Assembly: GCA_003427395.1 (NCBI GenBank)
Contig: BFEA01000018.1
Coordinates: forward strand, 2,942,905 to 3,004,741
Length of the DNA: 61,837 nt
Source: Chara braunii
Taxonomy: Eukaryota; Plantae; Charophyceae
Direction: 5' to 3'
The stretch's first letter is position 1. The number at the start of each line of letters is the position of its first letter. The notes beneath the pieces were generated by a model. The model was not told the DNA's origin, made no database searches, and saw nothing but the letters and a program-made list of their open reading frames with translations. Shown piece after piece: positions 50,370 to 61,837 of the stretch. The translations under genes and the position numbers were made by a program.

Positions 50370-51290
50370 TTAGTCAATCTCTTTGTTGCGCATGAACAGT
50401 GTAGCTGTTTTGCCGTATGCTGCCACCGTTAGTCGGCGGGTCAACGTTATTTTCATCAGAGCTGCCATAGTAAAAGTTGGATGTTCAAATTGCGTGTTGT
50501 TTCTCCCTTTTCCCCTTCTCGCTATGTCGTGTTCAAGAGACATCTGCGTCCAGCTGCGGAGAAGGGTCAAAGACCGGTTGTTTAGTCGATCTCTTTGCCG
50601 CGTATCAACACTCTGGTCGCATCGCAGCAGGCCCTTATCCGTGGCTGTCAGGTCGCCATTATCCTCATCGGGGCTGTCATAAAAGAAGCCGAATATTCGT
50701 ATTGTATGCACCCCCCTCCCCTCCCTTTTCCCCCTCTTCCAAAAGCGTTTAGTTGTTGTGGTAGAGTTCAGCGGCCAAAGCAATACACAAATTCAGCTAT
50801 GGGGTTCAGCCAGGTTGTCCGGTGCAGCCCGCAGCTGGCCACCCCATCTTTATGAACTCTATATGCACCACACCCCCCTTCTCATCACTCATCTGCTATG
50901 AACCCTTCGCAGAGGCGGCCACACGGACGTTGTGGCAGTCTGCCGCGGGGGAAAGCCAAACACTGGCCGGTTCACTGCACATCGTAACTTCTGACCATCG
51001 GACCGACACCATTCTCGTCGGGGCTGTTATAGCAGAAGCAGGATATTCAGATTCGCCATTTTTCTGGCCACCTTTTTCCCCCGCGGACCATGCTGGATTT
51101 GAGAGACGCCTTTGTCCAACTGCGGGGACGAACCGAAAACCGGTCGTTCAACCGGTCTCCGTGTCGCGTATTGACAGGGTAGAAGCTGATTACTCAGATT
51201 GAGTTGCCCCCCCCTCCCCTTGCTCCCCCCTCTTTTTAAACCGTTGAGTCGTTATAATAGGGCTCGATGGCAAAAGCGATAGACATATTC
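50370..51290 (-). other. diverged tandem duplication of a ~350-500 bp segment with an unknown ORF
   Basis: 50665-50800 resembles 51015-51050 plus 51205-51295; ORF 50370-50783 has no recognised motif. Confidence 0.4.
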
Positions 51291-53074
51291 AGCATGCCCT
51301 CGAGAAACCCGAACAGTTATAGCCATTCTAAACAGGTGGCGTAAAGCACGTAAAGACCACGGCCAGAGTAGCCTGGAAGCACTTGGCCCTTTTTTTCTGA
51401 TGCATGCCCAGATTCTAGATTATAACAGCAATTGGATATTCAGATTGTGGATTTGGCGTTCCCCTCTACTCTTTTTTTTTTTAAGGACCTACTCAATCAC
51501 CATAGTGTTTGGGCCGTACGGCGACCGCGGGGCATGGCCATCAACAGTATGTGAAGTTCAGCTTCCGGGGCGCCGGACTTCAACAGCTGGAAGCGCCCGC
51601 TACAAAACTTCAAATCGGCACCCCGGTGACTCAGCAAAAAACGGCGCAGGGGGGGGGTCCACACTCGACGACTACAACCAGGCCAGGTGCCGACTAATTA
51701 AACCTGAGTCAGCGTCCACCGTCATTGAAGCCAAGAAAAAAACATGACAAAACTCACCAGCTGAGGAGATCCAGATGTGAAGACACGCCTGCAGCAACAC
51801 CATGCTAGATCTGATCAACACATCACCAAAAAGGGCATGTGTTGCAAATTTCAGCGAAAAGATGATATGCTGTGTTTAAGAGATATCTTTGTCAATATTG
51901 AAATCAAACTATTAAAGCTAATTAAACCCGATCCAGCAGACGCGACTCTCGTTTATCCCCTTCCCCGTCTATCCGCGCTCAACTTTCAGTACCAAAATGT
52001 TGTCCCCCTTGCTGCACATTCTGCGTCCTCAGCGACCACGGGTTTTTTATCTCTTTGGCCCCTTTCTGTCTGCGTGCTCTGCACATACAGGCGTGGCCCT
52101 TCACTGTCAGCTCCCCCCCGCCGATCTACCCATCTGCTCAATGGACTGTTTTTTTTTGGGTCGCTGCCAAACAACAAATAAGAAAAACTGTATATTCCAG
52201 CATAAAAGATCAACAATGAGGACATTCGTGAGTTTCCTCAACATTTCCAGGAAGCCAAAAAAAAAAGAAACAAAAAACGGAAGACAGAGAAGGAAAAAAA
52301 GACGGAAGCGCAACAGAGCGTCCTTATCTTTCTCCGCTTTTTCACTTGGAATAATACACCCGTCATTGGTGGGGGGGGGGGGGGAACCAAGAATCTGGAG
52401 GGAGAGATAGCAGAACAGGAAAAGGCACATGAACCGAGTTATGCGTTTAAAGACCCTTAAGCTGCACCCAAGCAGATCGAAGCCAAGGCCATATCAATGA
52501 TAAAGCTAGTAGTTGGAAAAAAACAAAAATAGTAATAAACATAAAAAAATATATAGCAAAAGTTTTTGTCCAAGAAAGTCGGAGAATCTCCTCGGCCAAG
52601 AAACGTAACCGAACGGAGGAACAAACGTGGCGCAGCGCACGCCAGCGCTCAAGTTTCTGCCTTCCTCACAATCGTCGAACGGTGTGGAGACGGTAGCTCG
52701 CAAGGTGCCAACGCATAGATAACGACTGTATTTGGCGCANNNNNNNNNNNNNNNNNNNNNNNNNNNNNNNNNNNNNNNNNNNNNNNNNNNNNNNNNNNNN
52801 NNNNNNNNNNNNNNNNNNNNNNNNNNNNNNNNNNNNNNNNNNNNNNNNNNNNNNNNNNNNNNNNNNNNNNNNNNNNNNNNNNNNNNNNNNNNNNNNNNNN
52901 NNNNNNNNNNNNNNNNNNNNNNNNNNNNNNNNNNNNNNNNNNNNNNNNNNNNNNNNNNNNNNNNNNNNNNNNNNNNNNNNNNNNNNNNNNNNNNNNNNNN
53001 NNNNNNNNNNNNNNNNNNNNNNNNNNNNNNNNNNNNNNNNNNNNNNNNNNNNNNNNNNNNNNNNNNNNNNNNNN

Positions 53075-53230
53075 GCTGTATTTAGGCCAACTTTCATGGC
53101 CGTATTTTGGGCAGCTTTCATGACCGTATTCTGGGCAATTTTCAGACCAGATGTTTACCGTCATCGAATAGAACCAGGTCATTACAGCTGTATTTACAGC
53201 TGTATTTGGGGCAACTTTCAGACCAGATGC
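53075..53230. repeat. ~24-bp degenerate minisatellite next to a gap
   Basis: Unit CTTTCATGRCCGTATTYTGGGCAR. Confidence 0.75.
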
Positions 53231-54867
53231 ATCGATAATGACCGTACGTTGTATTCGGGCGGTGGTGGCAGGAGATCGATTGGTCGTGTCGGGTTAACCA
53301 TCTGCAGTGTGCAGCCTGCAGCTCGCTGCTGATGGATACTTGGAGATTGTCAGCTCAGCATTGTAGATTCCCAGCTCAGCATTGCAGGATTGAGCAGTTG
53401 TGGGCGTCGACCAGCTGTAGTACTTTGTATGCTAGTTACAATGTCCAGCTGCTGGCGAGCGGAAGTGTGTGCTATCCATGTTCATGCTCATCAATAGCCA
53501 TGATAAGCAGAAGTGGGTGGAGGCCAATCCATAGAAGCTATGCTTATCAACAGTACTGGGGGTGGCTAACCATTGTCAGTGGTTAGCAACCTAGCAGAAT
53601 GGCTAGCAGCTAGCCACAGCCATGTTTAGTGGTTAGCATAAATGGTTGGGGTGGCTAACCGCAGCTATTCTGGCGGTGGTTGTTTGGCATCGCTATGGTT
53701 CGCGTATGATCATTAAATATATTGCTAGGCATGACACATCTGCCACACAATCGGCTTGTAACCGACCCTGAATAGCTGCCACATGATGACCCTCTGGCCT
53801 TTTTAACTTTTAAGTTTAACGCTCCAGCTTGCGCATCACACTGCTTACGTTGTGGTGGGAATGTCCCGACCGCTTTTGCGTGCGCGTCTTCGAGTATTTC
53901 AGGATTGTTTGTATGGACAATTGTTAGCGAAAGAGAGGGCTCGCATTCTGCTCTTCGTGGCTGTGCCGAACTGGGCGGATGCACTTGCTTCACCGACTCC
54001 GCCGACTTCACGTCTTTGGCGTAGGATATGTCATCTGGCAGATGCTGATTGCTTGGCCTCTTAGGATATAATACAGCCCACCGGTTTGGTGTTTGTTTGT
54101 TGGCATCATAGGGTAAGGTATGTCACCCTGGGACATCTTCGTTTGACTCACCTGATTCCAGTGGAGTTCGAACTCGCTCTGTATTTCAACAGTTCAGGGA
54201 TGTATCTCAACTGAGCTACACCAGTTGGTGCGTGGAACGTGTTGATTGGTTCGCACCGAACTAAGGTATAGGATATGTACCATCCGGGACGTGTTCATTG
54301 AGTTTCGCGTCATGCGGCAGGCCATCTGGCAGGTTTTCGTTGCTTGGAGTCTTTTGGCGAAACTGTTGGCTGTCACTGTATTTGCAGAACGCAGGGTTAT
54401 TCTTCTTTTACCAATGACGATCATTCCTCTTTTACGGCTGGCGGAGTGTAGATTAGTCTCAAAGCAAAGTCTTTGCAGATTGCCTAATCTAAGGAAAGGT
54501 GCGCTTAGGGAGAGGATAGGTGCTGACGGTGCTCTCTTCCCATGCTAGGAAAGCAGAAATCTGGCTGTTGAACGGACGGTGTTCATGCTAGATTAGCATA
54601 ATCGTATACAAGTAGGGTACGAGACGCTTGCACAAATCTTTGGGGCAGCGGCTGTCCAGTAGTTTGTCGAATGTCTATTGTCAAATCTTTGAGGGCGATG
54701 GATTTTCCTCAACTCCATGGAGATAGTTGGCAGTCTCAAGTTTTTTGAACAGGCGGATGAAGCAGGTGGCGAAGATGTTGACGTAGGAGGTTAGTAATGG
54801 TTCACGGAAACCTTCTGGGGATGTGAAGACAAAAGGTTGAAGAACAAAGTGGAGAGGTGACTTGCGC

Positions 54868-54985
54868 TGGATCGGCTTGCTGTAATGCCTAAGCAAGTGC
54901 TGTGCTACACGGTTTATTTGCTCAGCTTAGCCATTGGACTCAGGGTGATTTGCTGCTTCCATTTGCAGTTGGCTTCCCATCTGCT
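54868..54985 (-). pseudogene. Ty3/gypsy integrase core fragment
   Basis: QMGSQLQMEAANHPESNG*AEQINRVAQHLLRHY matches the rve HPxxxGQxERxNRxxxxxLRxY motif. Confidence 0.75.
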
Positions 54986-55671
54986 GTATCCACATCTGCT
55001 GTGAAGATGAAGCATGCACAACGAAGCATTTCCCCATGTTGATTGGTCAAGATGAAGCTGGAGCCATGTCGGATACAGCACTGTCAAAACTTTCAATGAT
55101 TACCACGTTCCCTCCTCTTAATGATTGATTGGTTTACGTGATTGATTGGTTTACGGATTGGTGAGTGATTAATTGGATCGATTTGAGATGATTAAGTGAC
55201 TGAATGAGTGAATTTGTGAGTGGCTAAGCGAGGTATAGCGAGTGAGTGAACGAGGGAGGGAAGGAGGGAGGGGGGGAGGGAGGGAGATCAGAGAAGACAG
55301 TGAAGGAGGGGAGGGAGGGGAAGGAGAGGAGGGAGAGGAGGGAGGAGAGGTGAAGACATGCATCACTTGAGGTATGCATTATGAGTGGTCAAAGAGAAGT
55401 GGCCTGGGAAGAAGGATTGTTTTGTGCTTGTTGAACATATTCCTGTTTGGGTAAGATGGCGCTGGCAGTGATGCCTGGGAGAGCAGCAAGCATAAGCAAG
55501 AGCATCATGTATAGAAAGTCAGCCATCCCTTTTCCATTCATGGTTAGAATTTTGGAGGTCTGTAAGGTGGTTGGGAGGAGAAGCTCAGCTTCTTACAGTC
55601 TCAAGCTGTCCGTACTTCAATTTTTTTTTTCGTAATTTCAAACATATTTGACCCTCCTTCCCAACCACTCA

Positions 55672-55675
<4 letters not shown>

Positions 55676-55738
<63 letters not shown>
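55676..55738. repeat. (TC)n microsatellite next to a gap
   Basis: Direct reading. Confidence 0.95.
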
Positions 55739-56230
55739 NNNNNNNNNNNNNNNNNNNNNNNNNNNNNNNNNNNNNNNNNNNNNNNNNNNNNNNNNNNNNN
55801 NNNNNNNNNNNNNNNNNNNNNNNNNTTGAGGTTCTTCATCGAAAAGGGCAGCCCTTGCTTCATGTGTCCTGGCCGGTAGTGGTTTAAAGTTGTGAAATTC
55901 CAAAAAATCATGGAAAAGGGTAGGCCTTAGTTGATGCCAGGGCCAGTAGCGGTTTTATAGTTTTGGATCTGAACTACAACCAGTAACCCGGATTCAAATT
56001 CTAAAATTTGTCGTTTGCCCGGGGGAACGCTTGCCAAACCTCAGGAAATGATGGCTGATGGGACAAAAAATTGCAGCCAGGAATGCGAATGGTCATGATC
56101 ACAGTTAGATGCTCCATGCTGGCAGCTGTAGCCATTTCTCACGACTGACCCAGGCCGCTACAGCATAGTCTACAGCCCCCTTGTGCGCTGGCGTACAATG
56201 GTGGGGCGAGCACGGGCCGTGATGGCTTAA

Positions 56231-56381
56231 ACCACGAATATTTCCTAAAGTTGTGCCCATCAACAGTCACAATTTTAGCAAACGTACGAGCCACTACAGG
56301 AGCGCCCAAATTAATTCGACTAGAAACGTTTCTGCTCTTTATATTTTTCTGCGGCCAATAGCTGGGCCAAGTACTGGTGGT
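56231..56381. mobile_element. TTAA-flanked MITE
   Basis: TTAA|ACCACGAATA ... GGCCAAGTACTGGTGGT|TTAA. Confidence 0.8.
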
Positions 56382-56644
56382 TTAACAAAGATATTATTGT
56401 CGTGTATTGCACTGACAAGTTGTAAGATTGTCATCCATCTGTGTGTTTGATCGAACTTTTATGGTGCACTGGCCACTATCGTTACTTCCGCCTTCATCCG
56501 AATAGAATGGCCGGTCATTATAGCAGTATTGGGGACCAGCTTTTAGTCTCGATAGAGCTATAATGACTGGGCATCCTATTGGGATGAACAACCAAACTTG
56601 TGAAGCGAGTAGCAGAAGCTGCTGGATCGTTCCGAGCCCAGAGT

Positions 56645-56830
56645 CGAACCCAAACCCAAACCCAAACCCAAACCGGAACCTGAACCTGAGCCCGAACCCC
56701 AACCTGAACTTGAACCTGAACCCGAACCTGAACCTGAACCCGAACCCGAACCTGAACCTAAACCCGAACCCGAACCCGAACCCGAACCTGAACCTGAACT
56801 TGAACCCAAACCTGAACCTGAACCAGAACC
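56645..56830. repeat. hexamer array (AACCCA/AACCCG/AACCTG)n
   Basis: About 30 units. Confidence 0.95.
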
Positions 56831-56849
56831 TAGATCGCTCCTTACTTTC

Positions 56850-58402
56850 TCAGTGCGAGCCGTTGCGCCGGACAACCACAGTTTCTCTTGAACGGCGTGT
56901 TTGAACACGATGTATGAGCATATGCCGAAAGTTCACATCAAAACAAGACTGCAGAGGGACGCCAGCTAATCTGTGGTTTCTGGTTTGGAAAAAGGTCACA
57001 TGATCGCCCGGCTCAGGAACTGCACGGTGACGAGGGTAATCACGAATGACCGCTCTCCGGACAAACGGTGTAAGGCGTTCAGATAACGGACAGCGGTCGG
57101 CGAAAAAGCGGTGGAAATCAGACACCAGGAAAGACAAATCTTCATCAACGAGATATAGATCGACGGCAAGAGAGTTTTCGATAGCGCAAACGAGCGGGGC
57201 GACAACGTAACCACGCTCTATGACGTTTTGATGGGCGTGGGGGGGACATCTGGCGATGTAATTTTCCAAAGCTTCTGTTGTCCTGTGCAGAATACGTACA
57301 TAGGGCCGGACGGAAGTGGAGTGGCAAAGAGCAGAACTGGTCAGCTTGTTTTCATTGATCTCGAAGCCATGCCATAAGGAAGCAAAATCCAGGAAGAGAA
57401 AACAGACTTACCTTTGCAGAGAACTGATGCTACAACGGGCCTCCGCTAAAGCTGTCTGTGCCACTGTGCTCTTGAGCTGAAATAAGGGTGTGCAACTGAG
57501 TGGCCTGTACCTGTGCAAGACAGAACAACACTGCACAACAGGAGGGAACCGAACAGTCTCACTCAGTGAGTACGAAGGATTTCAAAGATTGGCAGTTCTG
57601 GATATCTGTCCGGCAGATTAAGAACAAACACAAAACTGACCCCCCCAAAAAAAAACAGCACAGAAACAAACTCCTCAAAAGTTTGAGTCCATTCTCGGAG
57701 TCAACAAAGCTCTGTAGGGGCTGTAGATTCGAACTGCAAGGCCCTTAATCCAATAGAAAGTTACTAGAAACGGGATCTATGATGTCTGCATTCTTTGCTA
57801 GGATTGGTCAAGATCTGCCCATCCAAAAAAGTAGTCAGACCAGTAGAACTGGGGTCGACTGAACGTTCTTGACATAAACGGCATGGGAATGTGTTCTCAG
57901 GCCAGGATGAATCAATACTGAGGCTCTACTTGGGCTCAGAAGTCAAACAGTCAAAGATTTCTTCAGAAAGTAGTTTTGGCAACAAAATCACACAAATTCA
58001 AGGTCCCGGCTAAAGTTTCCAGAATCCAGATGCATCCAGGCTTAGGGGGGCAATACAGAATTTGAAAGGAGCCGCACGTTCAGGCCGAGTCAGACTGGAC
58101 AGAGGAATATCTTCTTGTTGTCAATGCACTCGAAAGACATTCTGCCGTGCACTGGAGCTGTGTGCCCTGCACTGCAGCCGGGTACCTTGCACTATAGTCA
58201 TGCTCCATGTTGCCTTGCTGCAGCCCACGAGGAGAAGGAGAGATCCTGAGCGGGCAGCCGTAGTTATAGCCGGTAGGGCAAGCAGCCATGGCATGTAGTA
58301 GCGACGTAGAAGGAGAAAGAGAGGGCTGGACAAGCACTCACAGGAGAGAGAAGGGACCCGAGCCGAGAAAACGCTTACCTGCTGACTGGTCGCCATAGCC
58401 AT
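56850..58402 (-). CDS. putative 3-exon gene ending in family X, paralogue D (exons 58379-58402, 57412-57476, 56850-57282)
   Basis: ATG..CAG|GTAAG (phase 0), TTTCAG|..AAG|GTAAG (phase 2) and CACAG|G join in frame: [41 protein letters not shown]...[10 protein letters not shown]...GSH*. Confidence 0.5.
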
Positions 58403-60077
58403 GAAAAAGAAGACTCACGAAGGTGTGACAGACCAGCATTCCTTGCCCAAGGTTTCTCTATTGGATGCTGAGCTTCCGGAAGCGGGAAGGGAGACCAGGG
58501 TGACCAACGGAAAAAGAGGGAGAGAGTGGCTGAGGGGGTCACAAAGGTGGAAGAAGCCATGGTCATCTTCAGGTAAAGCAACACTGAAGGTGATTCCATC
58601 TTCCAGACGTGGGAGGGGAGACTAGGTTGACGAAGGGAAAGGAGGGAGACAGTGGCTGAGGCGATCATGAGGTGGAAGCCACCATAGTCATTATGGGGTG
58701 AGGTGAGGGAAGCAAAAATTCAGCCCATGTGGCTGAATGATGCATCGCTGAATTGTTGATATGAAGATTAGAGTTCAAGTCCTGATATGATCAGTTGAAT
58801 GAACTAACCCGCGCCCCGCCAATGATGATACCTCAAGGGCGTCGTCCTTTAAAGGAAAGAGAGAGGGATAAAGAGAGGCAAAAGGGAGAAAGAAGCAAAG
58901 GGGACAGAAAAAAAGAAGCGAAAAAGGCACGTACATGTTGGCAGCTCAAGGCCTATACAGGCTATATATATTCCCCCGCCCCTGAAAAATAAAGAACAAA
59001 AGAAAAGACTTATGTAGGCTGGCTACATTGTAGGTCGAGCGTCTTGCTACCCTTTTTTTTTTTTCTCTTACTTGCTTTCTTTCTCGTTCTTTTATTTTTT
59101 TTGCCCCCAAAAGAGTGGGCAACCTGTCCTGTATCATTCGGGCACTCCGGCCAGGTTCATACCGAGGTTGCCATTTCTTTATACAGACCTGAAAATAAGT
59201 TTAGCGTCCCTCATATCAAAACCAAATTTCTGGGAGCTCCTGGCCAACTGCAATGAAATGCCTGTGAAACCCAAACCAAGTACTACGCCAAACCAAGAAA
59301 GCTATCCGCCCCCNNNNNNNNNNNNNNNNNNNNNNNNNNNNNNNNNNNNNNNNNNNNNNNNNNNNNNNNNNNNNNNNNNNNNNNNNNNNNNNNNNNNNNN
59401 NNNNNNNNNNNNNNNNNNNNNNNNNNNNNNNNNNNNNNNNNNNNNNNNNNNNNNNNNNNNNNNNNNNNNNNNNNNNNNNNNNNNNNNNNNNNNNNNNNNN
59501 NNNNNNNNNNNNNNNNNNNNNNNNNNNNNNNNNNNNNNNNNNNNNNNNNNNNNNNNNNNNNNNNNNNNNNNNNNNNNNNNNNNNNNNNNNNNNNNNNNNN
59601 NNNNNNNNNNNNNNNNNNNNNNNNNNNNNNNNNNNNNNNNNNNNNNNNNNNNNNNNNNNNNNNNNNNNNNNNNNNNNNNNNNNNNNNNNNNNNNNNNNNN
59701 NNNNNNNNNNNNNNNNNNNNNNNNNNNNNNNNNNNNNNNNNNNNNNNNNNNNNNNNNNNNNNNNNNNNNNNNNNNNNNNNNNNNNNNNNNNNNNNNNNNN
59801 NNNNNNNNNNNNNNNNNNNNNNNNNNNNNNNNNNNNNNNNNNNNNNNNNNNNNNNNNNNNNNNNNNNNNNNNNNNNNNNNNNNNNNNNNNNNNNNNNNNN
59901 NNNNNNNNNNNNNNNNNNNNNNNNNNNNNNNNNNNNNNNNNNNNNNNNNNNNNNNNNNNNNNNNNNNNNNNNNNNNNNNNNNNNNNNNNNNNNNNNNNNN
60001 NNNNNNNNNNNNNNNNNNNNNNNNNNNNNNNNNNNNNNNNNNNNNNNNNNNNNNNNNNNNNNNNNNNNNNNNNNNNA

Positions 60078-60364
60078 GAGCACGGATCCACGATGAGCAC
60101 CGAGCACGAAAAGCATATATCCACGATGAGCATGAAAAGCATGGATCAACGATGAGCACTGAGCACAAGAGAAAGCACAGATCCCCAATGAGCACAAATC
60201 CACGATGCGCACGTATCCACTATGAGCATTGGGCACCAAAAGCACGGATCGACGGCGAGCACGAAAAGCACGGACCGACGATGAGCACGTGATCATGGAC
60301 CAAAGAAAAACACAGATCCAGGATGAGCACGAAAAGCATGTATCATGCACCGCAAAACAGCACG

Positions 60365-60365
<1 letters not shown>
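60078..60365. repeat. degenerate minisatellite (GAGCACGAAAAGCACGGATCCACGAT-like)
   Basis: About 10 related units running out of an assembly gap. Confidence 0.85.
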
Positions 60366-60405
<40 letters not shown>

Positions 60406-60717
60406 CTCGCTCGAGTGCACGCGTGTGGTCATCTTTGCGAGCCAGATTCGTGGATTCTACACACCAGTCCCCCGTGAGAGCACCGCATCCAATTTTCACA
60501 GTTGCAGCCGCTGCCTCAAACGGCACAGCGTAGAGAGATGTCACAGGCTATGTGTCTCCTACATTTTGGGAGCACAGTTGTACATCGATGGCAATTGTAT
60601 GACTGTTGTCGTTCCCGCGCCTGTCTACAAACTGGACATGAAATGTCGGGACGCTATACGCATGAGTGGAACGTCGACTGCCATATTACATACGAAAACA
60701 AGAACTTGCATGGACTA

Positions 60718-60807
60718 CTTGACATTGGCGCCCTGTCCTGAATGTTAAGGGACGCTGGACCAGGTTTCCAGCAGGTGCAGCTCCCCAGCAATGGAACGGA
60801 GCCGTTC

Positions 60808-60848
<41 letters not shown>

Positions 60849-60881
60849 AGAAGAAGAAGAAGAAGAAGAAAGAAAGAAAGA
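60718..60881 (+). mobile_element. SINE or 5'-truncated LINE 3' end with poly(A)/(GAA)n tail and 18-bp TSD
   Basis: TSD AAGAACTTGCATGGACTA at 60700-60717 and 60882-60899; core GGGACGCTGGACCAGGTTTCCAGCAGGTGCAGCTCCC also at about 5680-5718(-), 10158-10195(-), 14081-14117(+) and 18081-18117(-). Confidence 0.9.
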
Positions 60882-61837
60882 AAGAACTTGCATGGACTAT
60901 GCCTTAATAATCCTCAAGACGCAAGGCATGCGAATCACATGCGAGCCGAATCTCAGGTGGGCTATCATAGAGCGTTTTCTACAGTCATCATTTCCTCTCT
61001 TGACAGACGCCGACGGGAACCGATCCAAAGCAAGTGTTTAGCTGTTGCAGGATTCGGTCTGCAACCTGCAACAGCTCGCAGTGATGGGGATAACCCATTG
61101 GTATAGCATTCTGTGAGGGGTTCATATGGTAGTCTATTTTCCTCTTCAGGCTGTTGCGTCGGTTGTTCGCCTGGCGAGGATGAAGGAGATCCAACCGTGG
61201 TTGCAACAGGTGTGCTCAACGCTGCAGACGGACATGCTAGGAGAGGATGTACCGGGGTGATGGCATACGATTCAGGGATAGTCCACGCCGCAGAAGCACA
61301 CGGTTTCTATAACAGTTTCCCGGAAACATTGACGACACATCGCATGGCGTGTGTTTCTCAAAATACGCCAAGCTCTTGCTTTCATTTCATTCACAAATCA
61401 TCAGAAACCATCCACGAAACAAAAAATATACATACTATTACGTAGTCAATATAGTATAAGATGCATCGTTGGCCACGTTTGTGTGGTTATGTGCCAACTG
61501 CCGACAAGATATCCCTCAACAGTCTGCAGAATGCCCCAACTGATTGCACTGCAAATGATAATCCGCCTTAACAGCGGTGCTGGTTTAGCATCAACAACTG
61601 CCCGACAACTGATACCCTGAGGTAGTGGGAACCACCAACCACTGCCCTCAACGTACCTGCGACGAAAATCACATATATATCTATATATCTATAATATGAT
61701 TCTATATCTATATCTATATATCGTCAAATAGAACTGCCCGGTAAACCGTAGGCAGAGAGGGAGAAGAGGACAACAAACGAGGGGCTGTGACAAACTGTTT
61801 CGTCGGAGTTTCACCGACTCATTATATATCTATATCT

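Larger units (their letters stand above)
28565..52720 (-). mobile_element. large Helitron-like element with multigene cargo (boundaries uncertain)
   Basis: RepHel core with co-oriented proteases and paralogous ORFs and shared internal repeats; termini inferred only. Confidence 0.5.

Noticed and set aside
52700-52720. A|TCTATG as the Helitron 5' end on the minus strand
   Set aside because: A TC dinucleotide is weak evidence and no matching canonical CTRR|T end was found; used only as a tentative boundary.
56563-56908. NP/NL-repeat and GS-repeat ORFs
   Set aside because: Translations of a hexamer microsatellite, with no independent coding evidence.
61670-61837. TCTATATCTATA runs resembling Helitron 5' ends
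   Set aside because: Cannot be separated from simple AT-rich repeats at the window edge.

Overview
Eukaryotic, repeat-rich genomic DNA with several assembly gaps, from a green-lineage organism: plant-type U6 copies, a plastid-type 23S rRNA fragment and plant mago nashi intron positions. A charophyte such as Chara is my inference, not established. The only clear host gene is the last two exons of mago nashi (1248-1424, 6222-6281), whose 4.8 kb intron carries two U6 snRNA-derived copies in opposite orientation. Positions 7-28 kb are nested MITEs and decayed repeats: TTAA-flanked MITEs, nested PIF/Harbinger-like elements and microsatellite-capped foldback elements. The main object is a large minus-strand Helitron-like locus at about 28.6-52.7 kb, with uncertain ends. 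It holds a single-frame Rep(HUH, Y2)-PIF1 helicase gene with four premature stops, bracketed by two Ulp1/C48 proteases with intact catalytic residues. It also holds three divergent paralogues of an unrecognised ~130-aa domain (probably an OB fold), a duplicated Trp-rich domain, a plastid 23S rRNA fragment, a 1.7 kb higher-order tandem repeat and a 56-bp palindrome at the candidate end. A fourth, frame-intact copy of the OB-like domain lies outside the element (56850-57282) and fits an in-frame 3-exon gene model.
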